A stretch of 64,000 nt of DNA, taken from contig CP145420.1 in assembly GCA_036867785.1 (NCBI GenBank), positions 186,001 to 250,000 on the forward strand, given 5' to 3'. Origin of the DNA: Plasmodiophora brassicae. Its lineage: Eukaryota. Both the position numbers and the translations under genes were made by a program. This document shows positions 1 to 11,912 of the stretch, piece by piece. Within the stretch, counting starts at the first letter, position 1, and every line of letters begins with the position of its first letter. The notes under the pieces were generated by a model. The model ran no database searches, was not told the origin of the DNA, and saw only the letters and a list, made by a program, of their open reading frames with translations.

Positions 1-2
1 TC

Positions 3-2810
3 TCATCGCCGCTGCCTGTATGGGCGGATCGTGCGCCCTGGTATGCATTCCCTGTTCCTCGCCGGGCAGAAGCGGACACCTCCAGCAACCCTGCTTTGGG
101 CCTTGTAGTCCTGGCGAGGCCTGAGTATGCGGCCCCACATTTGGCGTGGACGCGAGAAGTTGATCAGACGCCCGATGATGAGTTGGCGCTCGCTTTCTCG
201 CCAGACAAGGAAGCCCTCTTTGGCCCCCTCCTGCTGCACCTTCGCCTTTTCGGAAATGGGCCATCGTGGTCGTCAGGCTGCCCGCTGGGTCTGCCCCTGT
301 CAGCCGCGGTCCACGTGACGCTACGTGGATCGGTCCCGCATAGCTCTCTGCCCACGACTCGTGAGAGCATCCACCGAATGTTCGACCTGGGTATTTGGCA
401 GACCCAGCTGCCGTCGCAACCGTTGACGACAGCCGTTACGATTGCGCCTCGCTTCATCGTTCGGAACGAGACGCGGAGAGATGTCCTGCTCCGTCAGGTT
501 CGAACGGTCGAAAGGACGTCTGTGGGTCCCGGTCAGCACAGCGCAGTCCACAGATATGACAGTCGACGACCTGCTCACTATCTCCTTCAGCTGTGTGATT
601 TCGGGGCAGTGTGGTCTGGTGCGGTTGCGTTCGACTCCCCTGGCCACGTCGCGCTTCGTCTCCTCAACAAGCACGCCCCGCAGCAGTCGTGCATCATTCG
701 AGTAGATTGCACGCTTGTTCGCGCGACCTATGAGATTCGGCTCATCGACACGATGAGTGCCCCTTATCGTATCGAGAACATATCGTTCCTCGTGATCATG
801 TTCTCCCAGGAGGGGGTCCCGTCGCGATCTACTCGGGTACTGCCGTATCATTCGAAAGAGTTCGCTTGGGATGATCCGATGCGCCGCCGGCGAATCGTGG
901 TCAGCGCGCTGCTTGATGACGGAGATGCCGATGGCAGCGCGGTGTACGTCGGGACCTTCAGTGTCGACCGCCTTGGTGAGTATGCACCTGTGCTTGTCCA
1001 TGGGCATGATCGCAAGCTGCCCCGAGCGCGTGAACTGAAAGTGGACGTCGTCGCACAAGGTGCTGTCCGGGTCCTACGAGTGTTCGACACGATGCTGACC
1101 GCTCGCCCTCCTGTTCCTCTGCAACAGCATGGCCTTCATGCCCTGACGTTCGATCTGCGGCTGCGCTTGCCCGCCTTTGGCATTTCTTTGATGTCTGACT
1201 CCGAGAGCGATGGTCGTCGACGCGAGTTGTCGTACTTGCGCGTGAGCGAATTGAACGCGAACGTGTACACGAACGTCGTGGGCATTGACTGTCGGGTATG
1301 GACGGGCGCCATCCAGGTTGATAACCAGACCTATGGGGCAGCGTACCCTGTTGTTCTGCAGGCTCATAGTGGTGCGACAGTCCAGTTTAGCATCAGCCTG
1401 CAGCAATCCACTGGATTGTTATCCTTCGTCCCGAACTGCGCCATCACCATTCCACCACTGCTTTCGGTCTGCGTCGAGTGGTCGTTTCTCGCACTACTGC
1501 TCGCATCGGCCCCGTTTCGACTCCTACTGGAAGCGCCGGCCGTCGAAGAACCTGATGCCGCACCGAGGGCGCTTTCTCCCGTCCGTGTCATCACGACGAC
1601 AACGCAAATTGTGCCGGCCGAGCAAGACGTCCAGCGCCTATACTGTCACACGCTGTCAATTTCTCGTTTCACCGTGCGCCTCAGCACGACGTCCACGGTA
1701 TCTGTCGGGAGCGGAGGCCCATTGCAACTCATGCTGCGAGCCGCTGGCGCCAGCCTGGCCAACATTGAGGATGCGTTCATTGTCATGCACGCTGTGAACA
1801 ACGTGGACGTGCTGGCAACCCCCGCCGAGCTGAAAGGGCGCCTGGCTCAGCAGTACGTCCTCCAGGTGATGCGCGAGTCGTATAAGCTAGTTGGCAGCGC
1901 CGACTTCCTGGGCAACCCGTTCGCCTTGGTTGCCAACCTGTCCGCGGGCATCGCCGATATGGTTCGGCTGCCTGCGAAAGGCCTGGCTCGGTTGTCGCCC
2001 TGGGGCTTCGCCCGCGGTCTCGTCCTCGGCATGCTGTCAATGCTCCGGTACCTTGTGTTTGGGTTTGCCAACGCGTCGGCAAAGATTGCCAGAAGCTTCG
2101 CCAAGGGCGCTGCCTCGCTGGCTGTGTTCGGCGACCCACGACCCAGCGAGATCGGTAGCAACGTGCTGGGCGCGTTCTGGGGTTCATTCGTTGGCGTCTT
2201 TAGGGAACCCTGGAGGCATGGCGTTGTCCGTGGCACGCTTCGAGGCGCGACCGGCGTGTTCTTGCTGCCGCTGGTTGCTGGGGCGAACACCTGGGCGGAT
2301 GTGGCGGGCGCCATCAGGAGCATTGCCGATAGGCGCGTCCAGCCCGAGCGTGTACGCCTACCCCGCCCGTTTGAGCACGGCACTGTCCTGCGGGCCTATG
2401 ACTTCTTCCCGACCGAGGTCGTTCGCTTCGCATCCGCCCTGGACGACCAGGCCGAGTTCGTTGTCGGTTTCGTTCGTAACGCGCCCCACTTCGACGTGAT
2501 CATGACGTCGGAGAACATCTACGTCGTCGAGATTGGCGCAGGCGGTCGCGTGCTCATGACTCTCCGGATCCAGTCCATCTTCTCGCTAACCACGATCGTC
2601 AACGAGGAACGGACGCTGCACGTCGAGATGTACCAAGGCGCGTTCGGAGGCAGCAGCGTCGACCTGCGACGGCCGCGCGGCGCCACCATCATCGACGTCG
2701 GCAGCGCGGACAACGCGCGCGCCGTCCTGCGCATGTTCAAGTTCGTCCGGCGGCGGTCGCGTCGCCTACGGAAACGCGCCCTGCGGCTGTCCGGCCCGCG
2801 TATCGACTAA
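3..2810 (+). CDS. VPS13: VPS13-family lipid transfer protein, C-terminal part (5' end outside the window)
   Basis: Frame is open from base 3. SHR-binding/VAB-like segments (TIAPRFIVRNET, APYRIEN, FAWDDP), IQVDNQ..YPVVL, and the VPS13_C motif YKLVGSADFLGNPFALVANL followed by an ATG_C-like Gly-rich region and RVRLPR. Confidence 0.9.
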   Translation, partial: SSPLPVWADRAPWYAFPVPRRAEADTSSNPALGLVVLARPEYAAPHLAWTREVDQTPDDELALAFSPDKEALFGPLLLHLRLFGNGPSWSSGCPLGLPLSAAVHVTLRGSVPHSSLPTTRESIHRMFDLGIWQTQLPSQPLTTAVTIAPRFIVRNETRRDVLLRQVRTVERTSVGPGQHSAVHRYDSRRPAHYLLQLCDFGAVWSGAVAFDSPGHVALRLLNKHAPQQSCIIRVDCTLVRATYEIRLIDTMSAPYRIENISFLVIMFSQEGVPSRSTRVLPYHSKEFAWDDPMRRRRIVVSALLDDGDADGSAVYVGTFSVDRLGEYAPVLVHGHDRKLPRARELKVDVVAQGAVRVLRVFDTMLTARPPVPLQQHGLHALTFDLRLRLPAFGISLMSDSESDGRRRELSYLRVSELNANVYTNVVGIDCRVWTGAIQVDNQTYGAAYPVVLQAHSGATVQFSISLQQSTGLLSFVPNCAITIPPLLSVCVEWSFLALLLASAPFRLLLEAPAVEEPDAAPRALSPVRVITTTTQIVPAEQDVQRLYCHTLSISRFTVRLSTTSTVSVGSGGPLQLMLRAAGASLANIEDAFIVMHAVNNVDVLATPAELKGRLAQQYVLQVMRESYKLVGSADFLGNPFALVANLSAGIADMVRLPAKGLARLSPWGFARGLVLGMLSMLRYLVFGFANASAKIARSFAKGAASLAVFGDPRPSEIGSNVLGAFWGSFVGVFREPWRHGVVRGTLRGATGVFLLPLVAGANTWADVAGAIRSIADRRVQPERVRLPRPFEHGTVLRAYDFFPTEVVRFASALDDQAEFVVGFVRNAPHFDVIMTSENIYVVEIGAGGRVLMTLRIQSIFSLTTIVNEERTLHVEMYQGAFGGSSVDLRRPRGATIIDVGSADNARAVLRMFKFVRRRSRRLRKRALRLSGPRID

Positions 2811-2840
2811 ACAAAAATAGTTACGTCACCGTCAACGGCC

Positions 2841-4111
2841 ATGCTGCTGCAGCTGCTCCGTCGAGGACGGGTTGCAGTTGCACGCGGGGCGACACGCGCG
2901 CACTGTAACGGCTGCGTTCCTCTGCGGGTCTGCGATGCGCGCAGTCGGGTCCGTGTCTGTCGTCAGGCGTGTAATGACGCCGCCGTCGTTGCGCAGAGTC
3001 GCGTCGGCGGACCCGGCGTCGCCCGCTGCGCACCACGTCGCCTCGGGCGGGTTCTGCAACCCGTGGCCGAGCTTCCGGTTCTCGGCCGGGTTCCGCAAGT
3101 TCGCCAAGCTGATGCTCGGGGCCGACTGGAAACGGGCGACGCCGCCGCCGCCTGCCGAGCTCGTCAAGGTGGTGGCCCCGGACTGGGCCCGCATCAGCGC
3201 GGACAAGCCCGCCACCATGCTGCTGACATGGATGGGGCATGCCGCCATGTTGCTGTCGCTGCCGTCTGGGCAGCGGATCCTGTTCGACCCGTGCTGGTCG
3301 GATCGGTGCTCGCCCGTCCAGTTCGCCGGCCCACGCCGGTACACGCCGCCGCCGTGCCCGTTGGCCGACCTGCCGCCCATCGACGCCGTCGTCATCAGCC
3401 ACAACCATTACGACCACCTCGACCTGAACACCATTAAGGACCTGGCGGCCAGGAACCCGGACGCCATCTTCTTCGCCCCACTCGGCAATGCGGTTCCTAC
3501 CATGATCGTGTGTCTGCCTCGATCTGTCTCTGACGAAACGGCGCTAGGCGTGGTTCCGGTCTGTTGCCGTTCCGAACGCTGTCGAATGTGACTGGTGGGA
3601 CGAGTACGAGGTCGGCGGTAGCGGCCTTCATATCGCGTGCACGCCCTGCCAGCACTTCACGGGGCGCTCCCTGACGGATCGGTTCCAGACGTTATGGAGC
3701 TCATGGGTTGTCACCTGCGGCGCGTCCAAGTTCTACTTCGCGGGTGACACCGGGTACCGTACCGTCCTGGAGGACGAGGACGAGGACGCGGTGCCCACGT
3801 GCCCGGTCTTCAAACAGATCGGCGAGCGGTACGGCCCGTTCGACCTGGCTGCGATCCCGATCGGCGCGTACTCGCCGCGATGGTTCATGTCGAGCGTCCA
3901 TTGCAATCCCCGCGATGCGGTCGACCTGCACGTCGACGTGCGATCGAGACGGTCCGTCGGCATGCACTGGGGCACGTTCGTCCTCACCGACGAACCCGTC
4001 ATGGAACCGCCCGCGCTTCTCAAAGCCGAGCTCGCCAGACGCGGCCTGGACCCGGACGCGTTCGTCACCGTGAACATCGGCGAGACGGTGACGCCGCCGC
4101 CCCCTTCATAA
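2841..4111 (+). CDS. NAPEPLD: NAPE-hydrolysing phospholipase D (metallo-beta-lactamase fold), intron-containing
   Basis: Motifs TWMGHA, ILFDP, ISHNHYDHLD, PCQHF, YFAGDTGY, GPFDLAAIPIGAYSPRWFM..VH, GMHWGTF. Intron near 3492-3548. Start codon uncertain. Confidence 0.9.
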
Positions 4112-4243
4112 ACAGATGCCCGGGGGGACCCACTTGTCGATACTTGTGGGGCGCGCGGGCCCCACTGACAGGCACGCGCCAGATACTTTAAAGGGCTGTC
4201 GTTGCTGCTGTTGTGGTTGTTGTTGTTGCCCCCTTTCGTACTG

Positions 4244-6131
4244 ATGGGCGCCGTATCGTTCGCGTTCCATGGCGGGCTGCTGCTCGGGACAGTTCTAATC
4301 GCCTGCATTGTGACATGGGCGACCAGGACGCCGTCCGACCATCTGCTGTTCCCGAACGTGGACCCGTCCGCAGCCACCGCCATCCTCGTCGTGCTCTTCG
4401 TTGTCGTGATCCCGTTCACGGTCGCGTCCTGCGCGTTGTTCTTCGCGCGTCGCATCCACCAACCGATTCGATTCCGGGCGCCGAACCTCGTTCTGGGCAC
4501 CGTTGCGGTTGCCACGATCGCGTTAGTCCTTTTCGTCGTCAAGAGCGCGTTCCCGTCGAGTATCGGCTGCACGTCGGCGATCGTGTCAACGGCGACCTTA
4601 TCGTATCTCATGATGGCGTTGCTGGCCGCCCGCCTCTGGCTCCTCCTGTTCGCGTTCCGTCTCCAGGACGAACGAATGGCGCTGCAACTGGCGAGCAGGA
4701 CCGTCGTCCAGGACCCGTACGACTCGCGTTACGAGGAGCGCTTACGCGATGTCCTGGCCCAATCCTGTTCGTAGCGTCGCTTCGTCGCCCGCCCGAGCTA
4801 ACAGTTGCTGCCAGGGTTTGTGAGCCATCGACGGCTGGTCTCGACGACGCACCTGACAATGGGCGTGGTGCTGATGACCGTCGCCCTCAGCGTGCCGATC
4901 TGGACGATCACGCGGTTGTCGCCGGCGACGTGCCAGGTCGGCGCAATCCAGGACGACCGGATCCTGCACGTCCTCCTGCTGGACGAGCGCATCGCCCTGA
5001 CGATCGGCACGGTGACGACGATCGCGTTCTCGGTGCAGCTGGTCGGCTTCCAGGAGAACTTCTTCATCAAGGCCGAATGGCAGATGCTGTCTGCCTTCGC
5101 CAGCGCCGTCTACGCCGTGTACTACATCGCCCAGGCAAGTATGACGCCTGACGCGTTCCAGGCCCTCGACAAGCAGGGCTTCACCGTTGCCATCGCCATC
5201 GCCGGATACGTCGGCCTCGTCCTGATCACGGTCACGTTCCCGACGGTCCTGTCGTACCGCCATCGGCACCGGTATCGTCAACGATCCCTGGACGGGGGCA
5301 CCCTGATGTGTGTTGAGCGCTGACGCGGTGCACCCGACCAGGTATGCGACTGGGCTGGTGACGGTGGCCTCATCGGATGACCCGCCCGCATCGATGAAGG
5401 CGTCGGCCATCGCCGTTGGTGGCATGCCCATGCAGGACACCGCCGCCCCGACGCTGACCAGCGTCCTGCGATCGCCGCCCCTCACGGTCGCCTTCGGCAA
5501 CTTCCTCAAACGCGAATTCTCCATCGAGAACCTGTACGTACGCGGGGTTCGACCCCAACGGTGTTGATCGATTGCTGAAGGACGCGCGCCCAGGCTGTTC
5601 CACCTAGAAGGGCACGAGTTCCTGCATCGCCTGCAACGATTTACGGATCCGTCGTCGACGCTGCACGACCAGTCGGCGAGCCAGGTCGTGCGTTCGTCGT
5701 CGCTGAAGCTGTACAGGGAGGCGCAGGCGCTGTACGCGACCTACATCATGGAAGGGGCGCCGCACGAGGTCAGCATCTCGTCGGAGCGGCGCATGGACGC
5801 GGCGCGCTGCCTGGAGCCGCAGCGGCACACGTCGCTGTCGGTCATGACGGCGCTCTGCGTCACCATTGAGAACGACGATTTCAACCGGATCGGGCAGCCG
5901 AACGTGTCGCATCTGCTGCACACCCTGCGAACCATCATCGGGGCGGCGCTCGACGACTCGTACGAGGCCATGGAGCGCGATTCCTTCATCCGATTCCTGG
6001 AGTCCCCGCTGTACAGGGAGGCGATTCACGCTCTGGCGAACGACCCCGCTGACGTCGCCGTTGGCATAAGCCCGGCGCCATCACAGGCCCAGCTGGCCAC
6101 ATGGAAATCGCTACCGCCACCCCCGAAGTAA
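4244..6131 (+). CDS. Multi-pass (7TM-like) membrane protein with C-terminal RGS domain
   Basis: Several hydrophobic helices in ORFs 4202-4774 and 4805-5323. RGS motifs SVLRSPPLTVAFGNFLKREFSIENL, LYATYIMEGAPHEVSIS and MERDSFIRFLESPLY. Exons separated by short introns. Confidence 0.8.
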
Positions 6132-6753
6132 AATAACGGACGGATCGGTTTCCTCGACTGGGCAGGACCGTCCTCTGCTATCAGTGCTGACGATGTCTCT
6201 TGACGTGCTGCTGAGCACGATATTCGCCATACAGAAGTCGGCGAGGAAGACGGCGGAGACCTGGAACACGAAACGAACGTGTCGATGGGTGTACCTTCAG
6301 ACATGACGTGACAGTACAAGGCGATGAGCCAGGTGATCGTCCAAGAAGGACGCCGACGATCTGTCTGCACAGGTGCTCGAGAGGAGGGCCCACTACTCGC
6401 ACATACGGGCCGACGTCGACAGGGCGCTGGAGAACCGCCACACCGACCGCTGTCGTTGGACAACGCAGAGATCGCCGAATGGCGACAGAAAGTGGCCGAG
6501 AGGGCAACGACCTCGAAGGCGCCCTTCTGCAGCGCCTATCGCTCGTAACAGCTGCGTGCGCTTCGGATTGGGTTCCTCCGGGCCCTGCAGACATGGTACA
6601 TCGCTGAAGTATCCGGCATCCAACACATAATGATTACCAATGGTCGGCATGACGAAAGCAGGCACAACGCAAACGCAAACAATGTGTGTATAGATTCCAG
6701 AAGACCGGGTGCCCGAGCCAACAGCAGACCCCGAATGCGCGTCAAGATGCTGA

Positions 6754-8120
6754 TTACTCTGAGTCCGACTCTGAGTCCGTTACATCATTGGCGTCACACG
6801 TGATGGTGGCTGTGGGTGGAAGCCGCCAATAACGTTTAAGAGCGCCTCCGGGGTCAGTAGGGTCAATCCGGTCGCAAATTACATTGTTGGCGAGCCGCCT
6901 GTACATGTCGTTAGCGATTCCAACAGTCGAGCTGGTTGGGATGACCAGTTCAGGAAGCGGAGGCATACAATGTTTTAAGGGATACAAGATGAACGAACGC
7001 GCCCTGAGCAATATCCCGGATACGGTTGAGCGTCAAATCTCTGTGCATAACCAGTTAGGCTTGGGGAACGGCGCCGTGATCCGGATCCCTACAAGATTTC
7101 CAGCTCGGGCATTCCATCGAACATGGCCCTTTCGATCGATTCAAGGCGATTACTGAAAAGATATCTGTGCAGTGTTCAACAACGGATGACGCTTCTGTAA
7201 ACAGTTCTGTACGCACAACTTGTGCAAACCGGTAGTCGCGGTGAACGCTCCCTGTTGAATGGCCGTAATACCATTGCTGTTCAGATACCTTTGGCGAGAT
7301 CAGTGACCAACATCCCGGATGTCACAAACGGTGGTAAATTGATCATACAGTACTTCCAACGACGTCAAGCCTGCAAACATGCCCGCGGCGATTGACCGGA
7401 TCGCATTGTTGTTCAACGCCCTAAAGTATCAGAATCAGGTGGCTCGCCCCGGTTGTGCCCCCTGGCACATACAGCTCCTCAAGTCGGGACAAACCCGCGA
7501 ACGCCGATACCGCAATGCGCGTGATGGCATTATGGTTCAATGATCTGTACCGCAACAGGTGAACTTGACCAGAGGGCGCGACGTCATACGTGGCAATGCT
7601 GAACGTACAGCTCGAGCAGTGAACTTAAACCTTGGAACATCCCTTGCTCGATGGATTCAAAATGATTACTCGACAGGACACTGAACAGACAGCGTTCAGC
7701 AGGTCACATTCGAAATGGGACACCAGATAGTACGCACAGTCTCTTCAACGTGTGTGGTCCTGCGAAGGTACCGGCCTCTAGCCTTGATATCTGATTGACC
7801 GCCAGGTTGCTGTGAACATTTCAGTTGGCGACGAGCGATACGTGCTGTGGCACAGCGCACGTACATTGCCGTCACAGTATGATACTGTGTGAACATCCCT
7901 GGCGAAACGACCGCGATATTGCTATCACTCCAATCCCTATCACCAGGGCATGGTTAGTATGCCGAGACGGGACACGTGTTGTCGCATACAGAGTGATATC
8001 CTCGTCGTCCTCGACGTCAGCCACTCGTTGGCGAACGGGAACGCGGGCCGCTGCGAACCGCGTCCCGGGCGCTGACGGCATCCACAGCAGGCAGGGCACT
8101 ACCAGCAGAATGATCGACAT
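6754..8120 (-). CDS. Secreted leucine-rich-repeat protein, one LRR per exon
   Basis: Signal-peptide-like start MSIILLVVPCLLWMPSAPG. Exons encode VLSSNHFESIEQGMFQGLSSLLEL, SLNHNAITRIAVSAFAGLSRLEEL, ALNNNAIRSIAAGMFAGLTSLEVL, YLFSNRLESIERAMFDGMPELEIL and DLTLNRIRDIAQGAFVHLVSLKTL. C-cap RLANNVIC...WRLPPTATITC. Confidence 0.8.
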
Positions 8121-9069
8121 TCGACACGCAGCAAGGGCCTTGGAGAGAACAGCAGCAGCAGCAGCAGACATGACGGGTGCCGGTATCGGTGTCGGGGACA
8201 CGAAATCGCAATGGCCCGCTGACGACGGCCGCCCGGACAGGCCAGGGCACGAGCCGCACGGCCCATGTCGAAAATCGGCCCCAAACCAGTCCGGACTCAG
8301 GCCTGGAGGCTGGAGAGTGGAGGCCTGGAGCCCGCCGTCACCCGCTATTTCTGGACTGCTGACGTGTCCCGCATCCGCACACGTTTCGTTACATGGCCAG
8401 GAGGGGTTGCGGCCGTAATCGAAGTTCACGCAGGCGCGCCCTCCAGCTGCGGGTAGCACGAGCCCAGGTTCTGGACGTACCTGGTCGAGCGAATGATCTG
8501 TCGGAGCCGGATGTGGAGGTCAGTACTCGCATAGGAAGGCCGGTTACAGGGTGCGCGTGCTGTTGCGAAGAATGCAGAGAGCGCCACGTGGCAGCAGAAT
8601 GCCGACGGCATGACATGACTAACAGGTGCAGCGCCGCCATATACCCAGGCAGATGTCATGTTGCTTCCGGTGGGCCTTCATATCGTTGTCGATGGCCCTC
8701 TGATTCCGGAGGCGCGTGTTCCACGTCTGGCAGCAGATCGGCCACCTTTTGGGTACGACTGGATGCAGTATGGGCACGTGCCGGCACAGGATATAATGTT
8801 GGAGTCGGACACAGACCAGGATACGACAGGGACACAGGCCGACAATGGCCGTCACAGACCAACGTGATATGACGCAAAGTGGACGCAAAGCTTAGGAAGG
8901 ATGCAAACAGGCCACAAGCGAAAGGGTGCCGAGCTGTATGAATCTGATTAAGAATCATCTTCCACATCCCGTGGGATGCTGGTGACGACACTCGCGTCCG
9001 TTCTTGACAGCACTGCAACAAACCTTGCCCGTACGATGCCATCGGTGGCGCTGCCGGTGAACTCTTAGG

Positions 9070-9619
9070 ATATACTAGTCGTTCGGGGCTCGCTGCGCTT
9101 CGCCCGCTCCCTCCTAGGTGCAACCCCCTCCACCAACCCCGTTGAGCGCAACCCCTTGCAGGTTACGTGCCCGATCACGCCACTCGGTTTAGTGGTGTGG
9201 ATGGGTTTCGACAAGGGCGACGTTCGCACGAGCAGTCTGGTCGACCGGAAAGAACCTCGATAACTTGATACCGGTCGCCTGACCGTCCCCGGTCACATAT
9301 CGGGGTTTACAGAAACGAGACTCTCGCCCACGTGACCGTGATGCGTCGGGTGCACGCTCCCGTGGCCGAGATTTCGTCTTGTCTATTCTTCACCACCTTT
9401 CCGATCGCAGGGTAACCACTTTTCCAGTTTGTCGTGCGGATCAACTGCACCCTTAGCCGTCTCCGGACGTCCTCACCTCCCCAGGTTCTATACATGGCCC
9501 TTCCGGCCTCCCCCTACCCCAGAATCCATACAAGGATAATACAGTGTATAATGCACGTATTATACTGGTATGGTATTATACACCCTTCATTGCCTGAGCG
9601 TGTATAATACAATTCCATA
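9070..9619. mobile_element. Truncated DNA transposon remnant (right end ...CAATTCCATA with TGTATAAT subterminal repeats)
   Basis: Terminus CAATTCCATA matches the TIR of the MITEs at 22895 and 44119, with analogous subterminal repeats. No matching left TIR or TSD found; left boundary is approximate. Confidence 0.4.
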
Positions 9620-9778
9620 GAAGCGCCGTGGCGTAGATGGTAGGTAGCACAGAAGGTAGCCGCGCGGCGGTGAAGTCTGGTGGAGGCCGTGGCTGTAGTG
9701 CGTGACGGACCTTCACGGACACCGCGACGGACATTGCAGTGCAGATCGAGATCATTTCAGGGGAATCCCCGTCTAAGG

Positions 9779-11627
9779 ATGCCAACGGCACCGACGCTGA
9801 CCGGATTTACACGTGATGGCGCACTGCTGGTTACCGTGTCTCCTGACCATCTGCTGCGCGTCTTCGTCAGCGCCACCGGGTCGCTGCATTGCCCGGCGGT
9901 AAAGGTGCCGTCGTCCCAGGCGCTCCAATGCTTAGCCATCGGATCAAACCATGCCGCAATTGGTAGGCGCTCCTCCTCGTCTGTACGCCGCCGAGTCTAT
10001 ACATAACGACGATGATGTAGGTGGTGCCTTGGGATCCCTTATTATTTGCGATCTGTCCCTCGGCAAAGTGGTTAGCGAAATTGCGGGCGCTCACAGTGAC
10101 GCCGTCAACAGCCTGTGTTTCGGCCGCGATGATGCAGTAAGTTCCCGGGTGCACCCGTGCCGGGCACTGTCTGACATCCACTTGCTACAGACCCTGTACT
10201 CATGCAGTGCGGACGGCTGGTGCAGCGAATGGAGCATCTCTGCGAAGCAGTGCCGTGCCATGAGGAAGTTCCGCCCGTCGAAGCGCACGGCAACCGTTCA
10301 ACTGGAGATCAACCCGGCCGGAACGCTGCTGGCCTGCGGTAAACACCTGCTATGTTCGCAGACGTTTCCTCGTCTTATGGGCTGTTCAGGTGCGAACAAC
10401 ATCAAGATCATCGACCTCGGGTCACTGCAGGCCGTTGCCAAGCTGAGAGGTCACGCCACGCCGATCCGGCAGATGCGATTCTCTGCCAACGGCAAGATGC
10501 TCTACTCGATTGCGCATAACGACCGAGTCGTCAACGCGTTCAGGTCAACCCCTCGGCGGCCTACCACACAGTATGCAACCGCTGACATCGTTGCAGAATA
10601 TCATCGGACAAGTCGGGCAAAGCTGGCACGATTGACGCGTGCGCGTGCTACTCATCAGACGAACGACCGCGGTCTCTGCGTTTGCATCCTTCGGATCGCC
10701 TTCTAGCTTATGTCACTCATTCGGGGAACATTGCTGTCTTCAAGGTTAGTCAACAGCCTCTTGCTACGGTACGGGTCTAACGTCCTCTTGCAGACGATAT
10801 CCAAGAAAGCAACGGGACGAAGCCTTACCGACTGCATCAAGATCACGTCAGGATCTGTGCACGACGTGCAGTTCGTTGCTAACGCTGACAAGCTCGTTAC
10901 TGTGCACGGCATCCTTACGACGCCTGTGTTCTCGGTGGTCGATGCGACGGCCCCTGCCGAGCTTCCTTCGGTGGCTAATGGCTTGTTCCTTCCGGCAAAC
11001 GGCAAGAAGCAGAAGCGCATCGCCTTTGAGAGTCCGGTAGACGTCATCAACGGAACGAAGAGCGCGACGAAGCGCGCGAAGCTCCCTGAGTCGGCTACTG
11101 TCAACGCACCGGTCGACGTTCCAGTGCTCGGCGAGGTCCCCGCCGAGCCTGCCAGCGACGAAGGTCTTACTGCAGACTCCATGGTCGCCCTTCTGTCACA
11201 AGCTTTGAAAGCCGATGACGCCGATAAGCTTCGCATCGTGCTGCGAGAAGCGAGGCCGTCGTTCATTCGCACAACGGTTGCCAGGCTGGCACCCGCTACG
11301 GCGCCTACCCTGCTGCGAGTACTTGTCAAACGCCTGCAGTCACCCGGGTCACACGTGCAGATGCTAAGCACCATGCAGTGGCTGGTCGCACTGCTCACCC
11401 GGCATGCCACTGCCCTCATGCCCGCATCTGAATTGCTCGGCGACGTCAAACAGGTCCTCCAGGCCCGGCTCCAGCACGGCGCCACGCTGCAAGCCCTCAG
11501 CGGCCGTCTCCAGCTCCTACAGATCCAGTCCCGCCTGCGTCGCCCGCAGACGGACGACGCAGACCCAGCCGATGTCCCCGTTTATGTCGACGCTGACTCC
11601 GACGACGACGACGACAGGTCATCATGA
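9779..11627 (+). CDS. UTP5: WD40 + Utp12-domain ribosome biogenesis protein (WDR43/Utp5)
   Basis: WD repeats (AHSDAVNSLCF, LYSCSADG, LRGHATPIRQMRFS). C-terminal Utp12 domain SMVALLSQALKADD...IRTTVARL...MQWLVALLTRHA, then an acidic tail. Confidence 0.8.
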
Positions 11628-11912
11628 TCATCTCCTCATACAGCACGAACAATTCCTTTGCCATCGCGAATGTTCCCTGCGTGACCTGTCGTACCGCCCA
11701 GTCGGGTTTTGCGCGTTCCGCTGTAGCGACGCGCCGGACGCGGCGTCCGGGTTCCAGAACGACCGTCGACAGGACAGGTCGCGCGGCGTCGAACGCTCGA
11801 TGGGTGTATTTTTAGGCAGGCGCGCGCTCCGGGTCGACGTGGCGCCGCCCGGCGCGTTCATCCATCGCTCAGAGGACGGCCTCTGGGGTGTTGGCGGTCA
11901 GCACCGCAAACG

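Noticed and set aside
6190-6600. Possible small spliced gene between the RGS and LRR genes
   Set aside because: Could not build a consistent exon chain or recognise a product.
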